DNA of 63,853 bases, filler included. It is 8 parts of 8 records of this genome, joined end to end, with 100 filler letters (N's around TTAATTAATTAA, not from the genome) between each part and the next. Parts side by side here need not be neighbours in the genome. Positions count along the whole stretch, not along the records: positions 39,842 to 49,793 come from SRR31156797_12118; positions 49,894 to 58,614 come from SRR31156797_12122; positions 58,715 to 63,853 come from SRR31156797_12439; 5 more parts are not named here. One strand, 5' to 3'. Position numbers and translations under genes: made by a program. A model generated the notes under the pieces. The model had not been told where the DNA came from and made no database searches. It worked only from the letters and a program-made list of their open reading frames with translations. Below, piece after piece: positions 49,689 to 59,976 of this stretch. Numbering within the stretch: position 1 is the stretch's first letter; each line of letters starts with the position of its first letter.

Positions 49689-49714
49689 TACGGACATATA
49701 GTCATTTTGGGTCA
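49689..49714 (-). promoter_or_regulatory. ECF-type promoter TGAC-N14-TGTCCGTA (copy 3, autoregulatory position)
   Basis: 52 nt upstream of the sigma ATG. Confidence 0.75.
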
Positions 49715-49967
49715 TTTCATGCCCATGGTCAAAATAAAAATTAGATAAAGCCAATACCTTCGTCAAACTAAAATTTAGTTGGGGATGAAAAATNNNNNNN
49801 NNNNNNNNNNNNNNNNNNNNNNNNNNNNNNNNNNNNNTTAATTAATTAANNNNNNNNNNNNNNNNNNNNNNNNNNNNNNNNNNNNNNNNNNNNTTTTAAC
49901 GGGAATGGGGATATCTTTTTAAATTCAAAATTGACCTTAGTTGTCGAAAAAAAGAGGGGTGTTTTTA

Positions 49968-51011
49968 ATGGGTGAATCCTTGACATATGCTGATGCCGGC
50001 GTTGATATCAACAAGGCAAACGATCTTGTGGATACAATTAAGAAGCTTGCAAAGAGTACGCCTCGATCCGGGGTGATGGGAGAGATAGGCGGGTTCGGAG
50101 GGCTGTTTTCCCTGAACCTGGCTAACATTTCCAATCCCGTGCTCGTAAGTTCCACCGATGGCGTCGGCACCAAGTTGAAGATCGCTTTCATGATGAACAA
50201 GCACGATACCATCGGCATCGACCTTGTCGGGATGGTGGTCAACGATATCGCTGTCCAGGGGGCCCGTCCTCTCTTTTTCCTTGATTATTTCTCCATCGGC
50301 CGCCTTGATAACGAGGTCGCAGCCCAGGTCATCAAGGGCATTGCCGACGGGTGCAAAGAGGCCCAGTGTGCCCTCATCGGCGGCGAGACTGCCGAAATGC
50401 CCGGCATGTACGCGGACGGCGAGTACGATCTCGCCGGTTTTTCCGTGGGAATTGTGGACAACTCCAGGATCATTGACGGATCTGAGATAAGGAACGGTCA
50501 CAAGCTCATCGGTATCGCCTCGAGCGGTGTCCACAGCAACGGCTTCTCCCTTGTCCGGAAAATCTGCTTTGACAAGTGCGGTTACGACGTGTCAACCCAC
50601 ATTCCCGAGCTCGGTAAAACCCTTGGTGAGGAGTTGATCACTCCCACTCGAATTTACAGCGCTTCCCTGCTCAGCCTTGTGCGGGACCTGCCCATTCACG
50701 GGTTGGCCCATATCACCGGCGGCGGCATCGATGAAAACATCATCCGGGTGATCCCGGACGCCTGCAAGGTCGTGGTGGAAAAAGGCAGCTGGGAGATTCC
50801 CCCGGTGTTTCGTTTCCTCCAGGAAGCGGGATCCGTCTCAGACCATGAGATGCACAGGACCTTTAACAACGGAATCGGCATGATTGCCGTGGTTCCGGAA
50901 GCATCAACCCAGGATGTCCTTGACCGCCTTGCGGCCATGGACGAAAAAGCCTATCTCATGGGTGAAATCTCCGCACGCGAAGGTTCAGAATCCCAGGTAG
51001 AGTGGAAATAG
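49968..51011 (+). CDS. purM: Phosphoribosylformylglycinamidine cyclo-ligase
   Basis: YADAGVDI, TDGVGTK, GGETAEMPG, HITGGG. Confidence 0.97.
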   Translation: MGESLTYADAGVDINKANDLVDTIKKLAKSTPRSGVMGEIGGFGGLFSLNLANISNPVLVSSTDGVGTKLKIAFMMNKHDTIGIDLVGMVVNDIAVQGARPLFFLDYFSIGRLDNEVAAQVIKGIADGCKEAQCALIGGETAEMPGMYADGEYDLAGFSVGIVDNSRIIDGSEIRNGHKLIGIASSGVHSNGFSLVRKICFDKCGYDVSTHIPELGKTLGEELITPTRIYSASLLSLVRDLPIHGLAHITGGGIDENIIRVIPDACKVVVEKGSWEIPPVFRFLQEAGSVSDHEMHRTFNNGIGMIAVVPEASTQDVLDRLAAMDEKAYLMGEISAREGSESQVEWK

Positions 51012-51028
51012 CCGAGTAGAACAAAATC

Positions 51029-52030
51029 ATGATAATTTTGGGGATAGAATCGTCCTGCGACGAGACTGCGGCCGCAGTCCTTGCGGACCAGCACACCATT
51101 TTGTCATCTGTGGTATCATCCCAGGTGGCGGTTCATCATAAATACGGAGGCGTGGTGCCTGAACTGGCGTCGCGCATGCATATCGAAGCCATTGCCCCGG
51201 TCGTTTCAGAGGCCGTGGAGCAGGCGGGCATCACCCTCGATGAGATAGAGGGGGTCGCCGTCACCCGGGGGCCCGGCCTTGTGGGTGCCCTGCTTGTGGG
51301 TTTCAGCTTTGCCAAGGCCTTTGCCTGGGCAAGAAATCTTCCATGGACCGGGGTCAACCACCTGGAGGGGCACATCTATTCCATCCTCCTGTCGGAAGAT
51401 CCGCCGGAATTTCCCTTTGCAGCCCTTGTTGCCTCGGGCGGCCACACCAACATCTACCATGTGGCGTCCCAGGATGATTTCGAGCTCATGGGACAGACCC
51501 GGGACGACGCGGCGGGCGAGGCCTTTGACAAGGTCGCCAAGATGCTGGGGCTGGGATACCCCGGGGGGGCTGTGATCGAGAAGCTTGCGGCCGAGGGCGA
51601 CCCGACCCGTGTAAAATTTCCAAGAACCTATCTTGACAAGGATGGGTTTGACTTTAGCTTTTCCGGCCTGAAATCGGCCGTGGCCCGGTTCATCCACCTG
51701 AACAAGGATAATCTTGAAGAGATGATTCCCCACATTGCCGCCGGTTTCCAGGCGTCTGTCATGGATGTGCTCTCCTTCAAGCTGATCCATGCCGCCAAAG
51801 CAAGGGGATGCAAAAGCATTGCCATGGCAGGCGGGGTGTCTGCCAATTCCGCCCTTGCCGTAAGGGTGGGTGCCGATGCCTCAAAGAAGGGGATTCGTCT
51901 CTATTTGCCGCCCAAGCATTTGTGTGGCGACAACGCCGCCATGATCGCGGCAAGGGGACACCGGCTCATCCAGGAGGGCAACCTCTGCCAGCTGGACCAG
52001 GACGTCTTTTCCCGTACCCGCTTCCTTTAG
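51029..52030 (+). CDS. tsaD: tRNA t6A37 threonylcarbamoyltransferase
   Basis: ILGIESSCDET, NHLEGH, DDAAGEAFDK, DNAAMI. Confidence 0.97.
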   Translation: MIILGIESSCDETAAAVLADQHTILSSVVSSQVAVHHKYGGVVPELASRMHIEAIAPVVSEAVEQAGITLDEIEGVAVTRGPGLVGALLVGFSFAKAFAWARNLPWTGVNHLEGHIYSILLSEDPPEFPFAALVASGGHTNIYHVASQDDFELMGQTRDDAAGEAFDKVAKMLGLGYPGGAVIEKLAAEGDPTRVKFPRTYLDKDGFDFSFSGLKSAVARFIHLNKDNLEEMIPHIAAGFQASVMDVLSFKLIHAAKARGCKSIAMAGGVSANSALAVRVGADASKKGIRLYLPPKHLCGDNAAMIAARGHRLIQEGNLCQLDQDVFSRTRFL

Positions 52031-52143
52031 GCCCCTTGACGTCTACAATTTCCCTTGTATCGCCGTAACGCAGCTGATATGAAATTACTTATGTAAGAAT
52101 AGGTGCTTCGGTCATTTGTCTGCTTCAGCTGGGCAAAAATACA

Positions 52144-53328
52144 ATGGAAAAAAGCGAAAAAGTGGCCCTCCTGGCGATCGGGGTCAATCTGGCCCTGTTT
52201 GCAATCAAATTTACCTTTGCCGGGTTCTCGGGCAGCATTGCGTTAAAGGCCGATGCGTTTCATTCCCTTTCGGATGTCGTGGCATCTTCCACCGTTTTTG
52301 TGGGGTTGATTATTGCCAGGCGCAAGACAAAGGCATTTCCGTACGGACTTTACAAGGTGGAAAACCTGGTCTCGGTCATCGTGGCCCTTGCCATCCTCTT
52401 TGCGGCTTATGAAATTTTTTTGGAAGCTGTAAAAGGCCGGGGTGCGGACCTGAAAAACGTATGGCCGGCCATCATCAGCATGATCTGCGTCATCGGCATC
52501 ACCTACGGATACTCCCGATATGCCGCCAAGGTGGGCAAAGAGATGAATTCACCGAGTTTGCTCGCAGATGCAAAACATATCAGCGTCGATATGTTCGCCG
52601 CTATGGTGGTATTGGCAGGACTGGTGTCAAGTTTTGCCGGTTTTGACCTGGATCGAATCTGCGCGTTTATTATTGTGGTCATCATCGTCTGGTCCGGCGG
52701 GAAAATCCTGATCGACGGCATTCGGGTGCTGCTGGATGCGTCTTTGGATTATCAGACCCTGAGTCTTGCGCAAAAATTGATTCTCTCCGAACCGCAAGTC
52801 ATGGAAATTGAACATCTCATGGGAAGAAATTCGGGACGGTACAAGTTTATCGAAGCCAACATCGTATTAAAAACCCATGATCTGGACAAAGCCTGCTTTA
52901 TCGCCAATCAAATTGAGAAGAATATCAGGAAACAAATAAAACACGTGGATCGGGTGCTTATATACTGCGAACCGACCCAAAAAGAATACCTCATATACGC
53001 CGTTCCCATGGAGAATTCCGACCATCAGTGCATCTCCCGGCATTTCGGGGAGGCCCCTTATTTTGAACTCATCACGGTCCGTATAAAGGATATGACCGTT
53101 ATCGGGCAAAAAACCATCGACAATCCCTTTATCAACGTCGAGCATGGCAAGGGGATTCTGGTCGCGGAACTTTTAAGCAGGCATTCCATTGATGCGGTTT
53201 TGTCGAAGGAATCTTTTGACGGCAGGGGCCCCTACTATGTATTCTCCAATGCCGCAGTGGATATTTTACTCACCCAGGAAAAAACGGTTAAACTTGCGAT
53301 GGAGCACCTTGGGGTTTCGTTTCCATAA
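52144..53328 (+). CDS. Cation diffusion facilitator with C-terminal NifB/NifX-like domain
   Basis: ADAFHSLSD, FPYG..KVE, ADAKH; HFGEAPYF. Confidence 0.9.
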   Translation: MEKSEKVALLAIGVNLALFAIKFTFAGFSGSIALKADAFHSLSDVVASSTVFVGLIIARRKTKAFPYGLYKVENLVSVIVALAILFAAYEIFLEAVKGRGADLKNVWPAIISMICVIGITYGYSRYAAKVGKEMNSPSLLADAKHISVDMFAAMVVLAGLVSSFAGFDLDRICAFIIVVIIVWSGGKILIDGIRVLLDASLDYQTLSLAQKLILSEPQVMEIEHLMGRNSGRYKFIEANIVLKTHDLDKACFIANQIEKNIRKQIKHVDRVLIYCEPTQKEYLIYAVPMENSDHQCISRHFGEAPYFELITVRIKDMTVIGQKTIDNPFINVEHGKGILVAELLSRHSIDAVLSKESFDGRGPYYVFSNAAVDILLTQEKTVKLAMEHLGVSFP

Positions 53329-53407
53329 TGCTGACTCTTAAAAGCTGTCCTCAACAAGGCTGATTTGATTGTCGGACAGTGAGGGACTGACTTTTTAAGA
53401 AACTCGC

Positions 53408-53456
53408 TTGACAAAAGACAGGGCCGGATTACGTTGAGGTTGTGAGCATATGTTTA
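53408..53456 (+). promoter_or_regulatory. Sigma70-like promoter (TTGACA-N16-TACGTT) followed by imperfect palindrome TGAGCATATGTTTA
   Basis: Upstream of the Mrp operon. Confidence 0.4.
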
Positions 53457-53488
53457 AAATGTGCTGGTGAAAATCCGTTAAAGAAGGG

Positions 53489-54337
53489 GTGATTGATATG
53501 TCAGCATTCCAAGGCTCCGGTTCCTCCGGACAAAAGACGGCTGATGACAGAACTCGTCTGGATGAGAGATTGGGTCACATCCGTCACAGGATAATGGTCA
53601 TCAGTGGCAAGGGCGGTGTCGGCAAAACCACCGTGACCTGCAATCTGGCGGCAGCGCTGGTGCTCCGCGGCTATCGCGTGGGAATTCTCGACGCCGATAT
53701 TCACGGTCCCAATGTGCCCAAAATGCTGGGCATAGACAACCTGCGCCTTACCGGCGGTGAAGGTGGGTTTAACCCGGTTGAGGTTAACCCGAATTTAAAA
53801 GCCGTATCCATGGGGAGTCTTGCAAAGGATCCGAATGGAGCCATTGCCTGGCGGGGGCCGCGCAAACATGCTGTCATCCGGCAGTTCCTTTCGGATGTAA
53901 ACTGGGGTGACCTGGACTTTCTTATCGTTGATCTGCCTCCCGGTACGGGTGACGAAGCGATCAGTGTGGCGCAGCTGATCAAAAACGTGGATGGCGCCCT
54001 CATCGTGACAACTCCCCAGGATGTTGCCCTGTTGGATTCCCGCAAGGCGGTGGATTTCAGCAACCTGATGGAAATCCCGGTGCTGGGGATTGTTGAGAAT
54101 ATGAGCGGTATGGCCTGTCCTTATTGTGGCCGTATGATCGAACTGTTCAAGGTCGGTGGCGGCGAAAAAGCCGCAAGCCAATTGGGTGTGCCTTTCATGG
54201 GACGTATTCCCATTGATCCGCTGGTGGTGGACAAGTGTGACTCCGGAAAATCGCTGATGGCCGATTCCGTCGTATCAGCGGCGAAAGAGGCTTTTCTCCA
54301 CCTCATCGAGGAATTGCTCGAGAGCTTGGAGGCATGA
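53489..54337 (+). CDS. Mrp/NBP35 (ApbC) Fe-S carrier ATPase
   Basis: [33 protein letters not shown]. Confidence 0.93.
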   Translation: MIDMSAFQGSGSSGQKTADDRTRLDERLGHIRHRIMVISGKGGVGKTTVTCNLAAALVLRGYRVGILDADIHGPNVPKMLGIDNLRLTGGEGGFNPVEVNPNLKAVSMGSLAKDPNGAIAWRGPRKHAVIRQFLSDVNWGDLDFLIVDLPPGTGDEAISVAQLIKNVDGALIVTTPQDVALLDSRKAVDFSNLMEIPVLGIVENMSGMACPYCGRMIELFKVGGGEKAASQLGVPFMGRIPIDPLVVDKCDSGKSLMADSVVSAAKEAFLHLIEELLESLEA

Positions 54338-54455
54338 TCTCCCTTCCGGTGCTGTTTGTGCACCAATCCGGGCGGCTTGGTTTGAAACGCTTGTCGGATT
54401 AATTTTAACCCCCATGTAACAAGGCGTTTAACGGAGGAACGTCAGAGGAGGTATT

Positions 54456-55043
54456 ATGAAAATTGCAATTTCATCAAAAGGTCCCGATCTGGATGCACAG
54501 GTTGATCCGCGCTTTGGACGATGCCAGTGCTTTATCGTCGTAGATCCTGCCACTATGGCGTTTGATGTCTTGGATAATCCGGCTGCCACGATAACCGGTG
54601 GTGCGGGAATTCAGGCCGCTCAATTGATAGGTAATGGGGGAATTGACGCTGTGATGACCGGAAGCCTGGGGCCCAACGCCATGGAGGTTCTGTCGGCTGG
54701 CGGGCTCAAGGTCTATCTCGGTGTATCTGGAACAGTGCGTGAAGCCCTGGTGCAATATGAGAATGGTCAGTTGCAAACGGAATCCGGGAATGCGGCGGAT
54801 GCGCCTTCCGGCCCCGGCCGTTTCGGCGGGGAGGCTGCACCGGAATCGATTCGAGGCATTGGAAGAGGCACTGGAAGAGGAACAGGCGGCCGTCGGGGCG
54901 GTGGCGGCCGTCGGGGGTGGGCCGGTCCGGCCGGACATTGCATCTGTCCCAGCTGCGGGGTCTGTGTCCCTCATCAAGCCGGCGTTCCCTGTTTGGGGCA
55001 AAAATGTCCCAAATGCGGAGCGGCTATGAGAGGAGAGGCATAA
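54456..55043 (+). CDS. NifB/NifX-family protein with Gly/Arg-rich linker and C-terminal Cys-rich finger
   Basis: DPRFGRC, GGAGIQAAQ, CICPSCG..PC..KCPKCG. Confidence 0.88.
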   Translation: MKIAISSKGPDLDAQVDPRFGRCQCFIVVDPATMAFDVLDNPAATITGGAGIQAAQLIGNGGIDAVMTGSLGPNAMEVLSAGGLKVYLGVSGTVREALVQYENGQLQTESGNAADAPSGPGRFGGEAAPESIRGIGRGTGRGTGGRRGGGGRRGWAGPAGHCICPSCGVCVPHQAGVPCLGQKCPKCGAAMRGEA

Positions 55044-55091
55044 GGACAGCTGCAGGAATAGCGCCGACCTGTTGGATCAGGGGGGGAGAAA

Positions 55092-56141
55092 ATGGAACTC
55101 CTGTCTATCTGCAAACATGCATTGATGATCAGCTATTTCGTCTTTGTGATGATGCTGTTGGTCGATCTTGTAGACACGGTCAGCCAAAGACGGATGTCGG
55201 GCCTGATCCAAGGCGGCCGCTGGCGGCAATATACCTTGGCTGCTTTTCTTGGTGCTACACCGGGTTGTCTGGGGGCTTTCATGAACGTGGGGCTCTACGT
55301 TCACGGCATGATCAGTTTCGGTGCCATTGTTGGGGGAATGATCGCCACCTCCGGCGATGAGGCTTTTGTGATGCTGACCCAATTTCCTGTTAGGGCGTTG
55401 TTGCTTTTTGTTTTGTTGTTTGTTGCGGGAATTTTCTGTGCCTGGATCAGCGATAAATTCATCAAGATTCTTGGGATTGTCACTTGCGAGTCCTGCATGC
55501 GGGCCAAGTGTGAAAATTGCATGCCCGGCGGGGGTGATGCCATTTCTCCGGGGGATATTTTTCGATCCTCGAATCTTTTTGATAACTTTCGTACGCTTTC
55601 TTTTACCCGGTTTATCCTGCTTGCGCTGATTCTCTTTTTTATGGCCCTGTTGATTTTGGGCTTTCTCGGGCCACCTGTCTGGAACTGTAAACGGATTGCG
55701 TTTATCAGCCTATGCTTGATTCCTCTCTATATCGGTATGATTGTATCCGAGCACTATCTGCATGACCATATATGGGAGCACATCATTAAGCGGCATATTC
55801 TTAGGGTCTTTTTATGGAGTTTTGGCGCTTTGCTTTTTTTGCATGTGGGCCTGGCCTTTTGGAAATTGGATACCATTATTCTTGAGCATAGGTTGTGGGT
55901 GCTGCTTGTTGCCGGACTGCTTGGCATGGTACCGGAATCCGGGCCACATATGATTTTTGTGATGCTGTATGCCAATGGGCTGGTTCCGTTTTCCGTGCTG
56001 TTTACCGCTTCTTTTGTACAGGATGGCCATGGCATGTTGCCGCTACTTTCTTACAGTCTTAAAGATTCTTTGTTGATCAAGGCATTTAATCTCGTGTTTG
56101 GGCTTGGTATTGGCGGTATTCTTTTTTTTCTGGGTCTGTGA
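55092..56141 (+). CDS. Putative manganese/metal transporter membrane protein
   Basis: LGATPGCLG, IATSGDEAFV, PESGPH, QDGHG. Confidence 0.8.
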   Translation: MELLSICKHALMISYFVFVMMLLVDLVDTVSQRRMSGLIQGGRWRQYTLAAFLGATPGCLGAFMNVGLYVHGMISFGAIVGGMIATSGDEAFVMLTQFPVRALLLFVLLFVAGIFCAWISDKFIKILGIVTCESCMRAKCENCMPGGGDAISPGDIFRSSNLFDNFRTLSFTRFILLALILFFMALLILGFLGPPVWNCKRIAFISLCLIPLYIGMIVSEHYLHDHIWEHIIKRHILRVFLWSFGALLFLHVGLAFWKLDTIILEHRLWVLLVAGLLGMVPESGPHMIFVMLYANGLVPFSVLFTASFVQDGHGMLPLLSYSLKDSLLIKAFNLVFGLGIGGILFFLGL

Positions 56142-56352
56142 TACGTATGGCATTCCATTGCCTCCCAAAACAGACTTCAGCAAATTGTACGGAAAGGTTT
56201 TTGCGGTCGGCAAAAAAGAGATACTGCCGGTGCGGCATCCCGCAGCTGTTTTTTATAATGCGTCGATTAAAGAAATTATGGTCAGAAATTACCGGAAAAT
56301 CTGACTGCTGCTGGATAAGGCCGCCCCCGAGCCAAGGCCTGTTCTTTGAGGA

Positions 56353-57357
56353 TTAGTCGTTACTTAGATATTTTGTTTTAAGGGCCTGGATGCGCTCCAT
56401 GGATTCAAGGGTCATGCGGTGGAAGGTTTCGTCCCCGGAGATCAGTCTTTCGATCTCACGGACAGCTGTTTCTATGTCCGGTCCCTTGTGGCAGATGAGG
56501 GTGATGTCGATCTGGGAGCGAAGAATCTGGGTGACGCAGGTCTTGATATCGTGCTTGATGGCCTTCATGTCCAGGTCGTCCGTCATTACCACCCCTTGAA
56601 ATCCCACATGGTTCCTGAGCAGGTTTCCGCCTATTTTCGGGGACAGGCTGGCCGGCCAGTCCGGGTCAAGCTGGGGGTAGAGGATGTGAGAGAGCATCAT
56701 TGCCGATACCTCGGACTTTGCCGCGGCGACAAAGGGAACAAGGTCGCTGGATTCCAGGATCGCCGGATCTTCGTCCAGCACGGGAAGCTCAAAATGGGAG
56801 TCGAGCCGGGTTCTTCCGATGCCGGGAAAGTGCTTTGCGCAGGCCATGATGCCATTGTCCTGGAGGGTTTCGATCACACAGGTCCCAAGCTTTGCCACCC
56901 GGTCGGGCCCGCCCGGAAACGCCCTGGACGCCATGATGCTGTCAAACCCCTCCGGGGCGATATCCATCACCGGGGCCAGGTTCATGTTGATGCCCACGTC
57001 CTTGAGTTCCGTAGCCGTGGTCCTGGCAAAGGTTTCGGCTTCCTTTCTGCTGTTGATGGCGGGGTTGCCCGGAAAGGCGGTAAACCAGGGGTCCTTCAGC
57101 CGGGCCACCACGCCGCCCTCCTGGTCCACGGCGATGAACAGGGGCGGAAGGCCTTCGGCCCTGGCACAGGCCTGGGCCTGGTCGCACAGTTCCCTTACCT
57201 GGTCGGGAGTGTCGATGTTGCCGGCAAAGAGAATCAAGCCCCCGATCTTAAGCTCGCAAATAAGATGTTCCACATCCTTGTTAAAGGTCTTTCCCTCGAA
57301 ACCTGCCATTACCCGCTGGCCCGAGAGCTCCCTGTAACCGGGGTTTTGCTTTTTCAT
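56353..57357 (-). CDS. nagZ: Beta-N-acetylhexosaminidase (GH3)
   Basis: AVDQEGG, KHFPGIG..DSH, TDDLDM. Confidence 0.93.
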   Translation of the reverse strand: MKKQNPGYRELSGQRVMAGFEGKTFNKDVEHLICELKIGGLILFAGNIDTPDQVRELCDQAQACARAEGLPPLFIAVDQEGGVVARLKDPWFTAFPGNPAINSRKEAETFARTTATELKDVGINMNLAPVMDIAPEGFDSIMASRAFPGGPDRVAKLGTCVIETLQDNGIMACAKHFPGIGRTRLDSHFELPVLDEDPAILESSDLVPFVAAAKSEVSAMMLSHILYPQLDPDWPASLSPKIGGNLLRNHVGFQGVVMTDDLDMKAIKHDIKTCVTQILRSQIDITLICHKGPDIETAVREIERLISGDETFHRMTLESMERIQALKTKYLSND

Positions 57358-57458
57358 GTCTCCTCCTTGAAATCTCCGTGCTTCATAAATCCCTTGACTT
57401 GGCGGGGCGCTGATATTAGAAAATTCAATTTGCCCTGAACCTTCAAGCGATAGATATC

Positions 57459-58370
57459 ATGGAAATGAAAACATTTAAATCAGATTTTGTTCTCCTGGTG
57501 GCCGCATCCATCTGGGGACTTGCCTTTGTCGCCCAGAGAATGGGCATGGACCATGTGGGGCCGTTTACCTACAACGGGCTCAGGTTCTGCCTGGGCGGTC
57601 TCTCCCTTCTTCCCTTTCTCCTTGTTTCCCGAAAAAAACGGAATAACCGGGTTCGGGCCCTGGACGATCCCCGTCCGAGGGAGGTTGTGCAGGGCGGTAT
57701 TCTTGCCGGGCTGATTCTCTTTGCCGGTTCCTCGCTCCAGCAGGTGGGACTGCTTTATACAACGGCCGGAAAAGCCGGGTTCATCACCGGGCTCTATGTG
57801 GTCATCGTGCCGGTTATCGGGCTGTTATGGCGCCAGAAGGCCGGAACCGGCACCTGGATCGGCGCCGTGATGGCAGCCGCGGGACTCTATTTCCTGAGTG
57901 TCACCGAGGAGATGACCATCAGCTTTGGCGATCTGCTCGAACTTGCGGGCGCGGTATTTTTCGCCATGCATGTGATGGTCATCGGAAAGCTCTCCCAGCG
58001 GATCGACACGGTGAGGCTCTCCTTTGTCCAGTGCATGCTCTGTTCCGTGGTGAGCATGCTCGTGGCCGTAAGCATGGAGGAGATCACCCTTTCCGGCATC
58101 CGGATGGCGGCGCTTCCGATCTTTTACGGCGGTGTTTTTTCCGTGGGGATCGCCTACTCGCTCCAGATCTACGGCCAAAAAGGCAGTCATCCGGCCCATG
58201 CCGCCATTCTTCTGAGCCTGGAATCGGTGGTTGCCGCAGTCGGCGGGTGCCTGATCCTCAACGAGGTCCTTTCCGGCCGCTCCCTTTCAGGGTGCGTGCT
58301 TATGATGGCGGGAATGCTGGTTTCCCAGCTCTATCCCTACATTGTTCCGAAAAAGGCGGTTCTCAACTAA
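57459..58370 (+). CDS. DMT/EamA family transporter
   Basis: About ten TM helices, two EamA repeats. Confidence 0.9.
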   Translation: MEMKTFKSDFVLLVAASIWGLAFVAQRMGMDHVGPFTYNGLRFCLGGLSLLPFLLVSRKKRNNRVRALDDPRPREVVQGGILAGLILFAGSSLQQVGLLYTTAGKAGFITGLYVVIVPVIGLLWRQKAGTGTWIGAVMAAAGLYFLSVTEEMTISFGDLLELAGAVFFAMHVMVIGKLSQRIDTVRLSFVQCMLCSVVSMLVAVSMEEITLSGIRMAALPIFYGGVFSVGIAYSLQIYGQKGSHPAHAAILLSLESVVAAVGGCLILNEVLSGRSLSGCVLMMAGMLVSQLYPYIVPKKAVLN

Positions 58371-58494
58371 ATATCCTGCATGCTTTCCCCGGTTGTGCTA
58401 TGGTTTGTCTTATAGCTTTTTGCATATGAACGAATCCCGTTTCGAGTGCAAAAAGCCATAGGCTTTCAACCCTTTAGCTTGAAAGGATCGAACC

Positions 58495-58614
58495 ATGGAT
58501 ACAAAAGAGATCATCGCCCTTGAGAACAGGTTCGGCGCAAGGAATTACAACCCGCTGGATGTGGTCCTTGAAAGGGGGGAGGGAGTGTGGGTCTGGGATG
58601 TGGAGGGCAACCGG
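58495..58614 (+). CDS. rocD: Ornithine aminotransferase N-terminus (3' truncated)
   Basis: [40 protein letters not shown]. Confidence 0.8.
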
Positions 58615-58714
58615 NNNNNNNNNNNNNNNNNNNNNNNNNNNNNNNNNNNNNNNNNNNNTTAATTAATTAANNNNNNNNNNNNNNNNNNNNNNNNNNNNNN
58701 NNNNNNNNNNNNNN

Positions 58715-59553
58715 CAAGGTGCAGTTTTAATTGTAAGCCAAGCTCTCGCACTTTTTGTGTAACTTGCAATTGCTAAGAAAATCAATCCACCACCTAAAGC
58801 AAATACAGAAACTGGTAAATCGTAGTTATCTCCAACAAAATATCCAACTAAAAGTAAGGCTAGAAAAACCCAAGAAAATTTAAATAGAGTTTTGTTTTTT
58901 AATACTTCATCTGGATTTTTTAGTAAACTCACATCTATTTCTCTTGGAATATCTTTTCGTAAAAATACCCATAAAAAAGAGATAGTAACTACTGTACTTA
59001 CTACATAAGGAACAAACATTTTTGATAAATACTCTAAGAATCCTATATCAAAATAGTTAGCTGTAACTATATTTGTAAGGTTTGAAAATACAAAAGGTAA
59101 AGAAGCAGAATCACTAATAAAACCACCTGCAAGTAAAAAGGCTAAAATTGTTTTTGCATTTAGTTTTAGTATTCTCATTTTTGCTAATAAAATTGGCGTT
59201 AAGATTAGTGCTGCTCCATCATTTGCAAAAAGTGCAGAAACAAAACTTCCAAGAAGTAGTGCATATACAAACATTAGATGTCCGTTTCCACGTGAGAGTT
59301 TTGCCATTTTAATTGCACACCATTCAAAGAAACCAATCTCATCTAAAACCATTGAAAGAATGATAATTCCAATAAATGCTAACGTTGCATCCCAAACAAT
59401 ATCACTTACAACTAATACATCCTCAAAACTAACAACCCCTGCTATTAGTGCAACTATTGCGCCTATAACAGCCGTTGTTCCTATTTGTAAACCTTTAGGT
59501 TGCCAAATAACAAATATTAAAGTAATCAAAAAAATTGAACTTGCTAATATCAT
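58715..59553 (-). CDS. arsB: Arsenite efflux pump ArsB (3' truncated)
   Basis: VIWQPKGL.IG, ALFANDGAALILTP, SNLTNIV. Confidence 0.93.
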
Positions 59554-59574
59554 AAATTTTCCTATTTTAAAATC

Positions 59575-59600
59575 AATACATCAAGATATCTTGATGTATT
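59575..59600. promoter_or_regulatory. ArsR-type operator, perfect 26-bp palindrome AATACATCAAGATATCTTGATGTATT
   Basis: Immediately upstream of arsB; near-identical to the site at 60344. Confidence 0.8.
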
Positions 59601-59619
59601 TTAGTAAAAAAAAGAACTC

Positions 59620-59976
59620 CTAAGAGTCCTCTTCCATATCTAATACTTCTTGTTTAAGAGTATAAATAAAAGTATCCACTTCTAACTCATCATATCTCTC
59701 AACGGCTACAGGAGTTCTTTGAAACTCTTGTCCTTCAAACTCATCTAAATAATCCCAGTTATCTATCAAATTTGATGAATAAAATAAATACCCATGAATT
59801 GTATCATCACCTGCATCTAATCTTATTCCTGGATATCCCATTGAAGCTGACCATCCAGCATCAATTAATCTTCCTTTTACTGTTGCAGGTACAAATTTCC
59901 CTACAATATTTTCCAAAACATGTCCATTTGGGCAGTTTGGCATAAGTGTTCCATAAACAAATAGTGTTTCTGTCAT
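59620..59976 (-). CDS. Gamma-glutamylcyclotransferase (AIG2-like) family protein
   Basis: LFVYGTLM, GYPG, LDEFEG. Confidence 0.9.
   Translation of the reverse strand: MTETLFVYGTLMPNCPNGHVLENIVGKFVPATVKGRLIDAGWSASMGYPGIRLDAGDDTIHGYLFYSSNLIDNWDYLDEFEGQEFQRTPVAVERYDELEVDTFIYTLKQEVLDMEEDS

Noticed and set aside
6038-58714. Regularly recurring TTAATTAATTAA flanked by Ns, and apparent gene associations across these gaps
   Set aside because: Artificial concatenation linkers; the contigs differ in GC and apparent taxonomy, so no cross-gap synteny was used
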